Assembly: GCA_051294905.1 (NCBI GenBank)
Contig: CM119371.1
Coordinates: 5,706,001-5,770,000, forward strand
Length of the DNA stretch: 64,000 nt
Reading direction: 5' to 3'
Origin: Botryllus schlosseri
Lineage: Eukaryota
Shown piece by piece: positions 50,013 through 63,450 of this stretch. Under the pieces are notes generated by a model. That model made no database searches and was not told the origin of the DNA. It worked only from the letters and a program-made list of their open reading frames with translations. How positions within the stretch are numbered: the first letter of the stretch is position 1; each line of letters opens with the position of its first letter. The position numbers were made by a program, and so were the translations under genes.

Positions 50013-50081
50013 CTCTAGACGCCACTAACTCGCAGCAGGATAACAATCACCACTCCGCCTAGTTTCAAATAGTAACTCATG

Positions 50082-50362
50082 CATTGTTGTTGTTCTTTGT
50101 GTTATTCATGGTATTTGTCGACTGCTATGGTCATTTACACCAGGCCGATATTCATCATTTTTTATTACGTAGCCGCCGACTTGTAGCACGGGCCACCTTT
50201 AGCCTTTTTATAAGACACCGTTTACATGGATGAAATGACGAGGAGGAGCCTAGATGAACCCCAACACTCAGGCGGGAATTCTGGAGCCGACCTCGGTCGG
50301 ACTTCGAACCCGCAACCCATTGGTGTTGCCGCCGTGGATTATACCACTACGCTATCTCGCCA
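50082..50362 (-). mobile_element. tRNA-derived SINE, near full length
   Basis: Minus strand box A TAGCGTAGTGG, box B GGTTCGAAGTCC, (AAC)n tail. Confidence 0.75.
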
Positions 50363-50449
50363 CAACTTATGCATTGATGTTTGGCTATGCTTTGGTAAAC
50401 GCCGTTTGACCGTTGCTGCTTGGCGAACAGTAGGCCTATGTAGTACGTA

Positions 50450-50908
50450 TAGGGTTGCATCTAAAACAAAAATCAACTTGAAATAAACATGTTTAAAACA
50501 AGGCCCTAATTTAAAACATGTTTTTTATGTATGTTTTTTGTTGTTTTAAAGCCATGACGTCCTGAATATTCAATTTTGACGTCATAGTGGAATGACATTA
50601 ACAATTGAACATATAGGGTAAACATAGCTCCTTTGACGAAATATCTGTACTATTAATGTTGAACCGACTATTTTTAGGGTTTTAAACCATCGCACATCGA
50701 TATACGTCGGCTATATCAGGTGGTAATTGTCCGTAGGATCATACAGCATGTTTTTTGGAAAATATTTGCACAATTATGGCATAATTTTACAACTTAAAAA
50801 GTAACAAAATTTTGTTTGTTTTTTAAAATGGCCTTTTTAAAAAATACTGTTTAAGACATGTTTTAAACAAAGTGTTTTAAAACACCGTTTGTTTTAAATG
50901 CAACTCAA
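50450..50908. mobile_element. MITE with TTTAAAAC subterminal motifs
   Basis: TAGGGTTGCATCTAAAACAAA / TTGTTTTAAATGCAACTCAA. Confidence 0.65.
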
Positions 50909-52351
50909 AGTACGTACATACGTACGTTCACCGGACAAAGATTTGAAATTTTGTACATATTACGGTTTCCACAACGAAGCATTAACAATCAAAAGCCGCC
51001 GATATATATCATTACCAAGCCATTCTTTGCCGTTTCTCGTAACGGCAGTTTGCAGTATCTGTATTAAGTTGAAGGCAGAATTTAATGTTTACTTCATCTT
51101 ATTCCCACATGCATGACTGTACATGAATGATAGTTTCCCTTCCATATATTGCAATAGGCCTGGAGTTTGATCCGATCTCCGCCAATATGATCAGAGTTAG
51201 CGGCAGAGCTGGTGGAGAAGGATGAATTCAAAAATACAGGGAGCGTAATTATACATCGTTAAGTCATATTCATGTCACACCGATCACATTAGTTTTCAGT
51301 CTAATGCCGGTGCGCACCACGGAGCTTTATAAACACACCAACCCTGTGCTTTCCAGCCTTTTATGGTCGCGACACCATCTCCAATTTGAAAATGTTCCTT
51401 GGCCCAAATCAAAATCTGACGAGCTGGTTACTAAAAGAACGCAGCAGTCAGCAGCTTTACCCAGACTTACTCACAGTCTATTTTGGAAGCTGAATATACG
51501 TTCAACATCTTCGCGAACCCCATAATAAAGTCAAACGACCCCCACGTTTACAAGCATCACTATATTTGTATAAATCATTTAAACGGCCGTAACCGTCTCT
51601 TGGAATATGCCGTTAAACGGCCGTAATCGTATCTAGGAATATAACGTTATCCTATAGTTGCGATACAATTACGCTTATTTTAGTAATTTATTTATTTAAT
51701 AATTTATTTTATTGCAGTTTTTGCTAGGGTGGTAATCCCCATATTGAAATCAATACATGTTGTAGTAAATCGCGCCCTGCGCGAAGAAAAATTTCATGTA
51801 TAGCATAAATCTAATGTTAATGTTATTATGTTGATTTACGAAAAAATTATTAGCCTACGTGAAGCCTTCAAAATTCCAGAAATTTAGGCATATTCAAGAA
51901 ATTCCTCCCGGACGCAGTTTGAACGGTAAAATTCCGGTAAATTCCGAGCGTCTGGCCATTGGCAACCCAATGTTAATCTGATCACGTGGGCTGAGAATGG
52001 ATAAATATTTGACAGTAATATCTGAAACTATAGGCTACTGATGTTATCGGCGAAATTCATTCACGAGGTTGTAAAGAAAAAAAATCCCACCTAAACTATA
52101 TAATAACTCACTTCGGTCGAAAAAAAAAACAGAATCTACTCCCGTATTATTATAGCAAGTTTTTTTCCTAATTAGACTAGAATTATATTTTCAGCTACAG
52201 TTTTTATCGAATTAGGTTATAATTAGAATTACTGAATTGACGAAAAACTTGAAAATTAAATCAAGTTCAAATCAAAGTTCATGCTCATAAGCATGATTAT
52301 GGCAAATGTCTATTGGCCTACACCGAACTTGGCTCGTTTCTCACTCTACGG

Positions 52352-53190
52352 CATCGGTTATCAAACTGCGGAGGCACGCCCCTCTTGGGGGCGTGAAAGC
52401 ATCTGAAGGGGGCGCGAAGCTGCGGTCAACTGAAAATATTTTCGAGGTCGGCGCGATTTACTTCCAATGCAGAGTTATTACTCTGTGTATAGTCCAAATT
52501 TCATTATTTAATTCTCTCATCAACAGTCATAAATAGTTTTCGTTGCAGTCAAATCCTTGGAAAGTTGCATTTATTTTCCACAAAAGTTGCACCAAAAAGT
52601 TACATTTATGGACAAGTTCCTTGAAATTATTGGAGTATGAGATACTCGAATCGATCAGTATGCATGACACTGTAGCAAAACTCAGTGTTGGCGACTTCTC
52701 AAATTCAATAGCCTGAAAAATTGACCCAGTGAAATTATAAATTTGGGCAGTCTAGCCTGAATTACGTCAAATAAGAAAGGACGTCAAATTTAAACGAGAG
52801 CGAAATAAATCAATCGATCTATTGGTATATGGTGCCAAATATTTTCAGTGAAAAGTTAGTTTCATGAAAAATCGAAAAAAGTTGCATGAAATATCTAAAA
52901 AGATCCAAAAAGCTGCACGAGAAAAATAGAGAAAATTGCACGAAGTTGCAATATAAGACTCCTCCAAACAGCTTACAACAACATACTACATAACTTATAA
53001 GTATTTGGGAAGCTGCCGGAAGCTGTTAAAAGTTGCGAAAACTTACCATAGACATAACTTTCCATCGCATCAAACTACCTGTTGGGATTGCTACCATTCT
53101 GGTTGCATTTTGTTATATGACGGTACGAGGAGCGCTACATTTTTCGTTATCATAAAGCGGTGCGTGACTAAAACAGTTTGAGAACCATTG
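52352..53190. mobile_element. hAT-Charlie-like MITE (family of 10020-10772)
   Basis: Decayed TIRs; flanks CTCTACGG/CTCAACGC; both ends match the reverse complement of 10020-10772. Confidence 0.75.
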
Positions 53191-53312
53191 CTCAACGCGT
53201 TCTCCTGTAGCATTTTCAGGCAATAAGAAATTAGATTAGAATCAAAATGACAGCATCGAAACATTTCACCATTTAGATTAAAGTTCGATTGATGGCATTA
53301 CTGTCTAATTAG

Positions 53313-53873
53313 CAGGGTTGTAACCAAGTCACAAGTCGATCTCACTTTTATTGTTTTGACTCGAGTCAAGTCGAGTCATTTTCAATTTACACCGAGTCAA
53401 GTCCGATTCCAAGTCAGTGAGCAGAGGGTCGAGTCCAATTCATAGTATTATGACTCGAGTCCGAGTCGAAGTCATTGTGTTGACTGTTCAGTTTCCAGTT
53501 GAAGTCTTGTTAACCCCACTTTTTATAACTTAGTTTGGTGATAACGAATACAATATACTAATACTAATACAATATACTAATTTTCCTAACTTTTAGTAGT
53601 TTCTGGTCACATTTTCAAGTAACAGTACCAATAGACGAAAACCAAATAGTGTGCTTACTTTCCAATTCTTTGAAATTATAGGGAAATGTCGGTCTTGGCC
53701 GTCTTATTCTCGAGTCCTATGACTTGGTTCGAATCATGCGCAATGACTCGAGTCCAAGTCGAGTCAATACATGGATTGACTCGAGTCGGGTCGATTCATT
53801 TCCGTATTTTCAGAAAATGACTCGAGTATAGTCGAGTCATCAGAAAATCGGGACTCGAGTCATTACAACCCTG
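53313..53873. mobile_element. GACTC-family MITE
   Basis: Perfect TIR CAGGGTTGTAA; perfect TSD CTAATTAG; relatives at 37613-37817, 58790-58969, 63714-64000. Confidence 0.9.
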
Positions 53874-54174
53874 CTAATTAGTCTATTCAGGCAACTAGAA
53901 TGATCTATAGTTGTCCAAGTCTGCTGTAGCGCTAATAAACAAGCAGTCACCCAAGTAGGCCTACCTCATAACTCGAGGTTAAGACTCGCTGCGAATTCAT
54001 TTGCATTTCAATTCATCATTTTCACAAGAATGGTCTTGTCTGCATGAAAAATACCATCAAATGGTAATAGTCGTCACAAGTATACAGATTCATAATAAAG
54101 AAGTGTTTGTATTTCTAGAGTAATTCTGTTCACAGCTGATTGCGTTACTTGCAACAAATTCAATCATCCGCGAA

Positions 54175-55081
54175 CAGTGTTGGGATCAAGTCACTACCTT
54201 TGAGTCACAAGTCATATCGAGTCATTGCACATTTTGACTCGCGTCAAGTCAAGTAAATCGATTTTCGGATGTAACTCCAGTCAAGTCAAGTCAAGTCAAG
54301 TCACGAGTCAAGTCACAAGTTAAGTAAAATTATCTTTTCGAAGTAGGGGGTATTGTATTGTATTCGCCGTCGAGGACCGCATATAGAATTAAATAAACAA
54401 GCATGCAAATAGTATAACTAACGCATGGGTAGAATTGCTAGACTACGTAACAGCTGTGCATACCCTCCGTCTATAATTATACGCAAACATAGGGAATAGA
54501 ATAAGATACTTCTAATAGTTGAAACTAATTGATGCACTACCCAATTAGATATCCATATGATACAATTTGAGGCCATCAATGTTGAGGATTAATATAAACT
54601 ATATTCGAATTCAATTCAAATCATACAAGAGGCTTGGCTCAGGTGAGCACAGGACACCAATGACCACTGACCAGTCTAGAGAACAGAGATGGATAATTTG
54701 CTATTATATTTCTTTCCTATCGTACTATAGTACGACTGCTACTAATACTGCGACTACTTTTCGCTGTAAGCCCCAGTCACTACGCTTGTGGTCAATTTAT
54801 TGGTGATAGAACAATAGATGTTCGGTAAAACGCAAAATCATTGAATGAATGAAATCGGTCGCTATCACAGGTCCCGATAGCGTATCGAGAACAATCCGAA
54901 CATGTGAGAGATACAGCGAATTTTATCGACAGCGATTGCCTTATGAATTGAAATTGACTCGTAAATGCTCCGAGTCACGAGTCAATCCACATTTCTGAAA
55001 GATCGGGTCAAGTCATTTTGCAAAGTGACTCGAGTCAAGTCAAGTCATACGAAAAATGAGATTCGAGTTATCCCAACACTT
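54175..55081. mobile_element. GACTC-family MITE, second TIR type CAGTGTTGGGA
   Basis: CAGTGTTGGGAT / ATCCCAACACTT; TSD TCCGCGAA/CCCGCGAA. Confidence 0.85.
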
Positions 55082-57655
55082 CCCGCGAATAGCAGTCATG
55101 ATATCACTCTTCGTATCAGAGGGTGTATGATAACAGTATTTGAAAAAATGATCTCTCCTTACTCGACTCAAATATTTGCAATTAGTGCAGGATTCAGATT
55201 CCAGTACTCGAGTCATTGTGACCAGCCGCCGCCCTAGTGACATCAGCTGGAAGAACATCACACAGTAGAACACTGGTATCACGATTTCCGTTTAAAAATG
55301 ACAACGCATGTTTCTAGTTTTGGTTCAAGTCGTATGTTAGCAGCTTTATTTTAAAAAATGCAAAACCAGAACTAGAACTGCTCACTATTCAAAATCATTA
55401 ACTAGAACTACTTGAAAAAACGGAATCTGGTTGACCATCAAGTAACTAGATTGGTTATTTGTAAAATTCAGCTCTATATTAAGGCATGCCTGAAAGACAA
55501 TCTCAGGTATTGGCGAACTCAGCAAACTAGCAATCAGAGTAAAGCATGATTCGTTACAACATGTAGATGTCATAGACGGGATTCTAGTATTCTGGCAGCT
55601 TGAATCATACAAAGTATTATTATTACGCCAATACAAAACATACCACATACTAAGCTATCTGGCTGAGCCTGACTAGTACTGACCGACTATTTACCAAAAT
55701 ACCACGAAATAATGTCTGTGCTATTGTTATTACTACACGCGCGCTTTTGTATGACTTTCGGAAGTGCCGCATATCGATTTTACAATCCGGCGCAGGCTAC
55801 AGGCACACCTCCATCACACCCATTGACCGTGCAAACCAGCACCGGGATTGAGCAGTGAGCACGATATCAATAATAGAGATCGATCGATATTGAATTTTGC
55901 AGGCCTATAGCGATACCGATTATCGTCACACTCACAAGGCCGATAACTGATTTCATAGGTCGATATTAATATGGAAGGAGCAGAGAACCATTTCGATAAA
56001 AATATTATATATTAGGCAAAATGACACTTGTACATGCCGCAGAATACTGAATAACAAACGAGAAAACTGAAATTAAAAAGAATTATTGCTTAATTGTTCA
56101 CATTCATTGAAATATGGGATAACCCAAAAAGCAAAACGTGATACAGAATTGCAGATCAGTCTAGTGGAGGTAGATTGTAAGGAATTATATAGTTTCTTTG
56201 CATGGTCATGGTCACCCAGTTTAACTCGTTCTGCAAGGGTAAAGCGTCGTCACGTATCGCCCTTTGCGTGATCGAATATTTTTTTATATATAAAATATCG
56301 ATAATCGTGAAAGATTCAAATATCGGCCTCGATTATCGGCCAAGTCGGTAATCGGTCGACCTCTAATCAATAAATCATCAGATTATATTTTATCTGAACA
56401 AGACACACACAATGTACAATGCGATAAGACAATGTACTACTATACCTTCCTCGCCACCGATGATAACATGGATAAAGAGAACAAACAACACCCAGCATGT
56501 GTAACTGACTATACGTCACGGGGGTCACAGATAGAATAGTATAATGGTTGCCATACTGATCTGATTAGATAGCTATATACTCAATGCAACGCATGCTACA
56601 ACCTTTTGATATATTACCATTCTCCATGACAGTTTCATTAATTGTTGCTTCCGTAGGATTACCAAGTCACCGTTCCGAGTCGCAATTCCTTCTCTGATTA
56701 TAACGTTCGACCCGACTCAACTCGAGTCATTTCTATTTAATCCCCCAGTCAATCCGAAATCGAGTAATTTAAGAGAAGGTCGTACCAAACCGAATCACAA
56801 TTTTCAGTCACAAATCATCAACGGGTCGTGTTTTATCATCATAAACTAGAAATAATGTGACGTAATAGCTGATCTTCAACCGCATGGTAGCTTTTAAAAG
56901 TGATGTTATGGTGAGTTTGTTGAGATTTCAGTGATTTTTATAGTAGTTTAGCGTGAACTTCAAGTTCTTATATTTAAAAAGATATATATGTCACGTGAAT
57001 ATATTGTTGAATACTTGAAATTTCAAAATGTCGTCGCGGGCCGCACAAAATGCTCTCGCGGGCCGCGTGTTTGAGACCTCTGTTTTAGATGATGTGCTCG
57101 TTTTGACATGACGATAAGTGCAGGGGGTCAGGGATCGCAAGTTTTTTTACCATCGTCAAGGGGGCGTATGACCAAAAAGGTTGAGAACCGCTGATCCAGC
57201 TGGTCGGCTGGGAACTAACTACTTTTTTGTGTAGTTATATTTCAAGTCGCGTAGTATTTTTAAAAGTGAGTTATTCTATAGTTGCGCATTCGAATAATTA
57301 TCGGTTTTCAAACAACTGGAAACAGTGTCATCGTTTGACTTGAATCGTGATACCGGTGTTCTCTTGTGTGATGTGCTTGCAGGCAATGTCAGCTCGGAGC
57401 CATCACACAACTAGCATTGACGTTGCCAGGGAGTCCGTTTTTGTGGTCGAAACTCATCCCATTCAAAATTAGAAAACGCAGTCCTTTGTATATGCCACCT
57501 TCATCTCCAATATTTAGCTAATTTGTACTTGACTAATTCTTCGGGGTTGAATTTTAGTCGGTTTTGTTCAGTATCACTTGGGGGCCGAAAGGTCGTTCGA
57601 TCTAGTTTTAGTTCCTAGTTTTTTTTTTTTTAATTGAGTAATTATTGTTTTAAGG

Positions 57656-58246
57656 TAGGGTTGTGACAGCCCACCCATTGGGGTTGTATGTGATGATTGC
57701 TTGTTACTATTGTGCTGGTACTGTTAGTTCTAGGGCCGCCAAGTGTGTAGCACTGACCACGTGAAATGGACACTTGGTGAACCCATGATAATGCATGCGC
57801 TCCTGCTTGTCTGAACTTCCTGTCGAGAGGACGCGGAAATAAAGCTGTCTAAAATCTGTTGTGAATCTCTTTACATCGACTATATCAGGAGGTCTTCCAC
57901 AGGGTTACCATATTATGAAAATCTGAAAAGAAGACACTTTCTCATTATTTTCAGACTTACAAACTGGAGTAAAATTCAGTAAAAAGGTAAATTTTACCCA
58001 ACTTTGTGGTTGGTTGACTGAAAATAGGTCATTTTTCCGACTCGACACCATAAATATACCACTTTTCTTGAATTCTCTGTTGGTTGATTAAAAAAAGGTT
58101 AACTTGCCGGCTCAACTCCCGATGTATCCGCCGGAATGTTACTTGAGTACTGAATTCCTACATCTCAGTCGAATTTTAACCAATATTTAACCGAAATAGT
58201 AAAAAAGAGGACAAATCCTCTTATAAGAGGAAGTATGCTAACCCTA
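57656..58246. mobile_element. Blackjack-like MITE with its left TIR split by the solo LTR
   Basis: TAGGGT[LTR]TACCATATT...AAGAGGACAAATCCTCTT...TAACCCTA; similar to 42106-42532. Confidence 0.75.
57662..57901 (+). mobile_element. Solo LTR (240 bp)
   Basis: TGTG...CACA termini, AATAAA at 57838, 4-bp TSD GGGT. Confidence 0.75.
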
Positions 58247-58429
58247 ATGGTAAAGACTCGACCTGACCGTGTCGAAACTATATATAAGTGAGATCGACTT
58301 GCGACTCGGAACTAGTACTTGGTTACAATCCCGGGCACTAAGACAATCAGTTGCAAACCTCTTCATTGTCGAATGTATGAATGTATTACCAAAATAAATT
58401 TCACAATCACACAAAGTTGCATCAAGCAC

Positions 58430-58628
58430 GTCACGAATCATCTTCAGAAGTAGAGTCTTCAAACATTAGTCATTCCAAGACGTAATCTGCGTATCGAATG
58501 CGAGCGTCCATACTACGATCGCATCCAAATTTCGTAGAATTTGCAGGTTGTGAAGTTACGTTGCCAGTTGATCTGAATCCCCCCCCCCCCCCCCCCATCA
58601 GACGACACAGAATCAATTTGGTGTGGAC
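58430..58628 (-). pseudogene. PLK1: PLK1-like terminal exon E11 (polo box 2)
   Basis: CAG|VHTKLILCRLMG(G18 run)..QRNFTTCK...RIRYADYVLE*L; 3' UTR similar to 37500-37610. Confidence 0.85.
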
Positions 58629-59825
58629 CTGCATGATAGAAAAACATAATAAAACAATCGTCCAAAGTACTCATGTTGAAGTGGCCTCATAAATTACTAA
58701 TCAGTTACAAGTAGAAGTAACGCCACAAATTTATACTCAGTTACATCTAGAAATATGTAGATTGTACCAGATTGAACTGAAAATTGAACAGTGAACATAA
58801 TGATTTGGAATTTTACTCAAATCAAAACACTATGACTCGGACTCGACCCTCTACTAGTTGACTTGGACTCGGTTGTGAATTGAAAATGACTCTCGACTTG
58901 ACCCGAGTCAAAACTATAAAAGTGACATTGACTTGTGACTCGGGACCTCGTGACTTGGTTACAACCCTGGTTCCTGATTGGAATGAAATACAAAAAATCA
59001 GGTTCAGTTTGTATCAAACATTTTCATAAGCACGAGAATGACAAATGTCTTTACTTCAAGCTTGGATTGTTTCACACGATACAATTCTTCTGTAGTAGTT
59101 TCAGGAAAACCACAAATTCAATTGGAAAATAAGATTATATCTATCTTTTCTTCAATTAGATTAGAACTACATTCACTGTTTTTGCAAGAACTAGGAAATT
59201 TAATTAAATTATGAATTCGAAAAAATATGACAAAAAAGCTACTTGACTTCATAAGAAGTCAGGGTTTATTTTCATAAGCACCTGATTGCGAAAAAGAGAA
59301 CTATTTTCATAAATTCTGAAATCGATAGTAACGGAAAAAAAAAACGGGCAATTTCCAAAGTAGTAATAGTATTGTGTTGACTAAAAAAGGGTCATTTTTC
59401 CAATATTGACTCGGGAAATGCCCATCGAGACGTATTTTCCGTTAATTGACTTGCATTTGGTGTGTCCAAGCACACCTTTTTAATCATGTCATAAAACATT
59501 TTATAGAAAGAGGACAAATTCCCCAAAAAGAGCACATTTGGGCATGCTCCGAGGACACCTTCGATTTATTGAAAAAGGCGGATCAATCCTCTTAAAACAG
59601 GACATAATTATGGTAACCCGATTGCTGGCACTTCGCTCTAATTAGACATCTTAAGAGTGTTCTTGATCAAATAAACACTGTTTTCGGCATGTGTAACAAA
59701 TTAAATATGAAAAACTAACTTACTAAATCGCCAATACACCACTTTATCGAGATGAAAATTTACGTCTTTCATCCTATTCACTGTGTCATAATGTAACCTA
59801 GCACATTAAAACAAGGACAACACTT

Positions 59826-60035
59826 ACGAAGTTGTATCGTAGACACTCATTGCTAAAGTCCTAATTCTACAAAGGTTTAGAAAGTAGGATGTAGCAAATT
59901 CGCATCACTTGAACGAGTGAAATTGTGATAATAGCTGCATGATATGGGAACACATGGTTAGTGGATCGTTTTTGATGATTTTACCGATATGTAGTCGCAT
60001 TAGTCCTTTCGTGTAAATTTCTTGTAAATGGCTGC
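59826..60035 (-). pseudogene. Possible very degenerate PLK exon E10 (PB1-PB2)
   Basis: HLQEIYTKG...MQLLSQF and FSNECLRYNF|GTAAG weakly resemble SLQYIERDG...ITLLKYF and LSNGSVQINF; correct position between E8 and E11. Confidence 0.35.
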
Positions 60036-60315
60036 TCACAGCTTGCAATGGAAAAAGAATGTAATGCACTACTTGTACTTGTGCAGCAAATCTGACTACT
60101 TCGACCACCTACTTCCGTCTCAAAGTAATTTTGACCTGTCTTTGAAATGGCTACTTCTACATGTAATCGAGTAGAAATTTACTTGTAGTTGAGAAGTCAC
60201 GAAGAGTACTTTCTTCACCTTTGTATTTATCGAATTAGATTTTTAGCTACTTTTATTAGTAGGCTATTGCGTATAATTATATCCTGACACTGACACGATA
60301 CTAAATTAGCCTTAC

Positions 60316-60374
60316 CGCATTCGCTTTATCCGTATAATCCGCCCGTTTGCTTTTCCAAATCTTCGGTGCCGCAT
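60316..60374 (-). pseudogene. PLK1: PLK1-like exon E8
   Basis: CAG|AAPKIWKSKRADYTDKANA|GTAAG vs PIFWVSKWVDYSDK. Confidence 0.7.
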
Positions 60375-60549
60375 CTGTTGAAATGAATGGAATTTTCAAA
60401 CACAGAAATGCAACACATAGCCAGTGTTTGCAAATTTGCTGGTGATGTCACATACTGGCAAGAGTCGTCATTTATAAAATGTCTGATTTATAGAAGTAGC
60501 ATACATTTTAAAGAGCAAATCGATCCATAGTGACTAAATGCAAACCCAC

Positions 60550-60686
60550 CCATATTGATAGTAGACTGTTTTGGATTGGTATCGATCGAATTCTTGAGCT
60601 GATCCTGCCACATGGAATTCAGGTGATACGTTACTGCAAATGGAGGGCGCCTCTGGTTTGTCACCAACAGGTTTCTGTGTCTGCAA
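60550..60686 (-). pseudogene. PLK1: PLK1-like exon E7
   Basis: Nucleotide paralog of 26085-26245, AG/GT bounded. Confidence 0.6.
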
Positions 60687-61315
60687 CTGCAAAAGCATAC
60701 AGGATTAAATTGATACGACTGTTCGAAAATAGCACTGCCTTTGTGATGAGATGTGGATAAAATTCATTTAATTTGCAAACTTGCAATAATAGTCAATTGC
60801 TATGTTTGTTGAAATTCAAAGTGGTACGTCCAGGGTTGTAATTAATCAAGTCATGACTGAACTCGCGATTTTTGATGACTCGACTCATGGCTCGGACCAA
60901 GTCATATGACTCGAGTGTCACACGGAGAAGAGCGTCATCTCATTGCAATTTCGAATAATAGTGAAGTAACCACCTCGTTACACGATTTTGGCAAAACCTA
61001 GGATTATACTTTCGCAACTACTTCTACTATTGAAGGTAAGTATATCTCGAATGGTCGTATCGTAGCATACGAAGCATGCAGTATAAGTCTACGTACATTG
61101 GTGGAAATGACATATATGTGAAGTCGCGATCAACCCACAGCATTGTCACAAAGTGCAACGAAATAAGTTTGGTAAAAAATTTCCCAGATATCTTTAATGT
61201 GATGTAAAAGTGGCATTATTTTCTTCGCATTCGCAACAAGTCGAGTTACGCGATTTTTTAAGGCAAGTTCAGTCGTTCGATATTTGAATGTGACTCAGTC
61301 ACAGATAGAACATAC

Positions 61316-61441
61316 CTTTTGATAAGATCGCAAGCTGCAGGCGATATATTTTGCGGAATATCGTATTCGTTCTTTTCAATAGTCGAGGATTCCTGCGACG
61401 TCTGGCCTTCAGAGGGCATCTTACCGATCAACAATGTATAC
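61316..61441 (-). pseudogene. PLK1: PLK1-like exon E5
   Basis: YTLLIGKMPSEGQTSQESSTIEKNEYDIPQNISPAACDLIK, open frame, AG/GT bounded. Confidence 0.88.
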
Positions 61442-61934
61442 CTAGGTTAAAGAAAAACATGCATCGACTTACCAAGAGGGATGTTTCGACAACTAGCTAA
61501 TTCTAGTTGCCTAATTAGACTAATTAGAACAAAATGTCGGTCACCTAATTCTAATCTAATTAACGAAATGTTTCTTTGCTCTCTTTCTAATTCTAAGATA
61601 ATTATTTGGTTTTGCTGCAAATGCAACAGTAGAACTTCATCTACGGAACAAGCCATGCTTGGTGTGTAGACGTTTTCTATTCTCATCATTAGAATGAACT
61701 CTGATATCAATTTGATTCATTGGCCATCGTGAATTCAGCAATTCTAATCTAATCAGGAAAAAACTGTGTAGCTAAGCTATCATTCTAATTCGACTCTTAA
61801 TTCAGAAAAGCTGAAGATTTATCAATGAGAATCAAAGTTGTGATCATTTTGATGACCAGTTCGTAGAACTAGGCCTACATTCAAAAGGAAGTGGATTCAA
61901 AATGAAATCAACCAGAGATTACATAAATACCAAC

Positions 61935-62091
61935 CCTTATTTATAGCAGACTGCAATGTTGGATTGGTATCGATCAATTTCTTGAGCTGAGCTTCCAATT
62001 TTGCCATACGAAAGTCTGATGATTCGTTACTCCATGATGGTCGCCACTTGCTCGTCACGTATGTGCTTCTGTGTCTATGTATTAGTAGCAT
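61935..62091 (-). pseudogene. PLK1: PLK1-like exon E7
   Basis: DFRMAKLEAQLKKLIDTNP vs DCHLSDMLQQLHSVNASKP; AG/GT bounded. Confidence 0.65.
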
Positions 62092-62212
62092 CTGCCAAGT
62101 AAAGAAATAAGATGATACAGCTTTGGACTAATAGCACTGCACGAGGGCTGGAAAAATTCATTTTCTTTACAAACGTTAATAGGTCAAAATGTGGATTGGT
62201 AGGTTTTATGAC

Positions 62213-62300
62213 CTCATAAAAAGACAGTCTATACTCAGCATGGAGCCAGACAAGAACTCGAATTCGCACAGCTCGTTGGTAGGATGCAGGCTACAGGAAC
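62213..62300 (-). pseudogene. PLK1: PLK1-like exon E6 remnant
   Basis: HPTNELCEFEFLSGSML vs RPTINELLNDEFFTSGYI. Confidence 0.5.
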
Positions 62301-63254
62301 ACCCCAGCTTGACGCTTAATACGTATCACGTAATCCAATCACCACGATGCTGTATTTTGCCTAGCCTCGCTGATAATAACGTTCGAAGTCTTTGCAATAT
62401 GCAGTACCTAACGCTGGCCACAATTATTCGATTCGTTTGTCGAGGGATGATTTTTTCGAGCACCGAAATGATACGATCCTTGCTACTCGACAAAAATTAT
62501 AGTTTTGGTAGCACTGTCTACTAGGGTTGTTCAAAAACAAATATTTTTTCAGATTGCGGGATTCACTGATTACATTGGTAGGTTGCCTATAAAAGGCTGG
62601 ACACCAAATTTGACTCAATTCCAATCGGCCGAAGCCACAACAGAGCCAATCAAATTTTTTAAATATATGAAAAATAAAATCCTTTATTTTTCAAATTCCA
62701 TACTGTCAACCCCATGTAATTGTTAAGTTGTCTACTAAAACGATGCAAAAGAAATTTGACGCAATTCTAAACTGTACAAGCACAGTTAATGAGTTTTTCA
62801 TCAATAATTGTGGGATTACCCCCGTCAATGCTTATTTGCCAATCCAAAACTACGGTGACTTTGCTACTACCCGTTGGAAGTGGGAAAAATCGTCACGCAT
62901 CATTTTTTTAGGCAAATTAACAGTAAAATTTGAAGGAAAAAAAATTAATATTTTTCAATATATTTAAAAATTTCAATTGGCTCCGCACGGCTTCAGCTGT
63001 TTGGAATTGAATTCAATGTGATGCAGAATAGGCACTGTATTATTTTTGGTCGCGTGAAAGGTACTTATATGCACTTTCCACATCATTCATACCGTTATGA
63101 TGTCATATTGAGCGATACTCGGATATTCGACTAAAATTTGAATACGGGATTCAGAAGCAAATCACTCAAGTGCTTGAATTCTCCCAGTCCCACCACTGAG
63201 ACACTCGCGATTCCCTGTCAATAAACTTCCACATGAATGTTCTTATATACTCAC

Positions 63255-63450
63255 AAAACACAACCCAACGACCAGGTCTCCACATCGAAACTGTGCCCAT
63301 ACTTTCTCATAACTCCAAGGGCAATATAGTTGGGAGTGTGGCAAAAAGTATTTTTTGTTTGGCCGTCAATGTCGACTTTGGTAGCCAAGATGAAATCTCG
63401 TCGAAATCTTCAAGCCTCGCCTCCGTATTCTTCAGCGAATAGATTCCAAG
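63255..63450 (-). pseudogene. PLK1: PLK1-like exon E4
   Basis: [50 protein letters not shown]; 5' part frameshifted. Confidence 0.88.
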
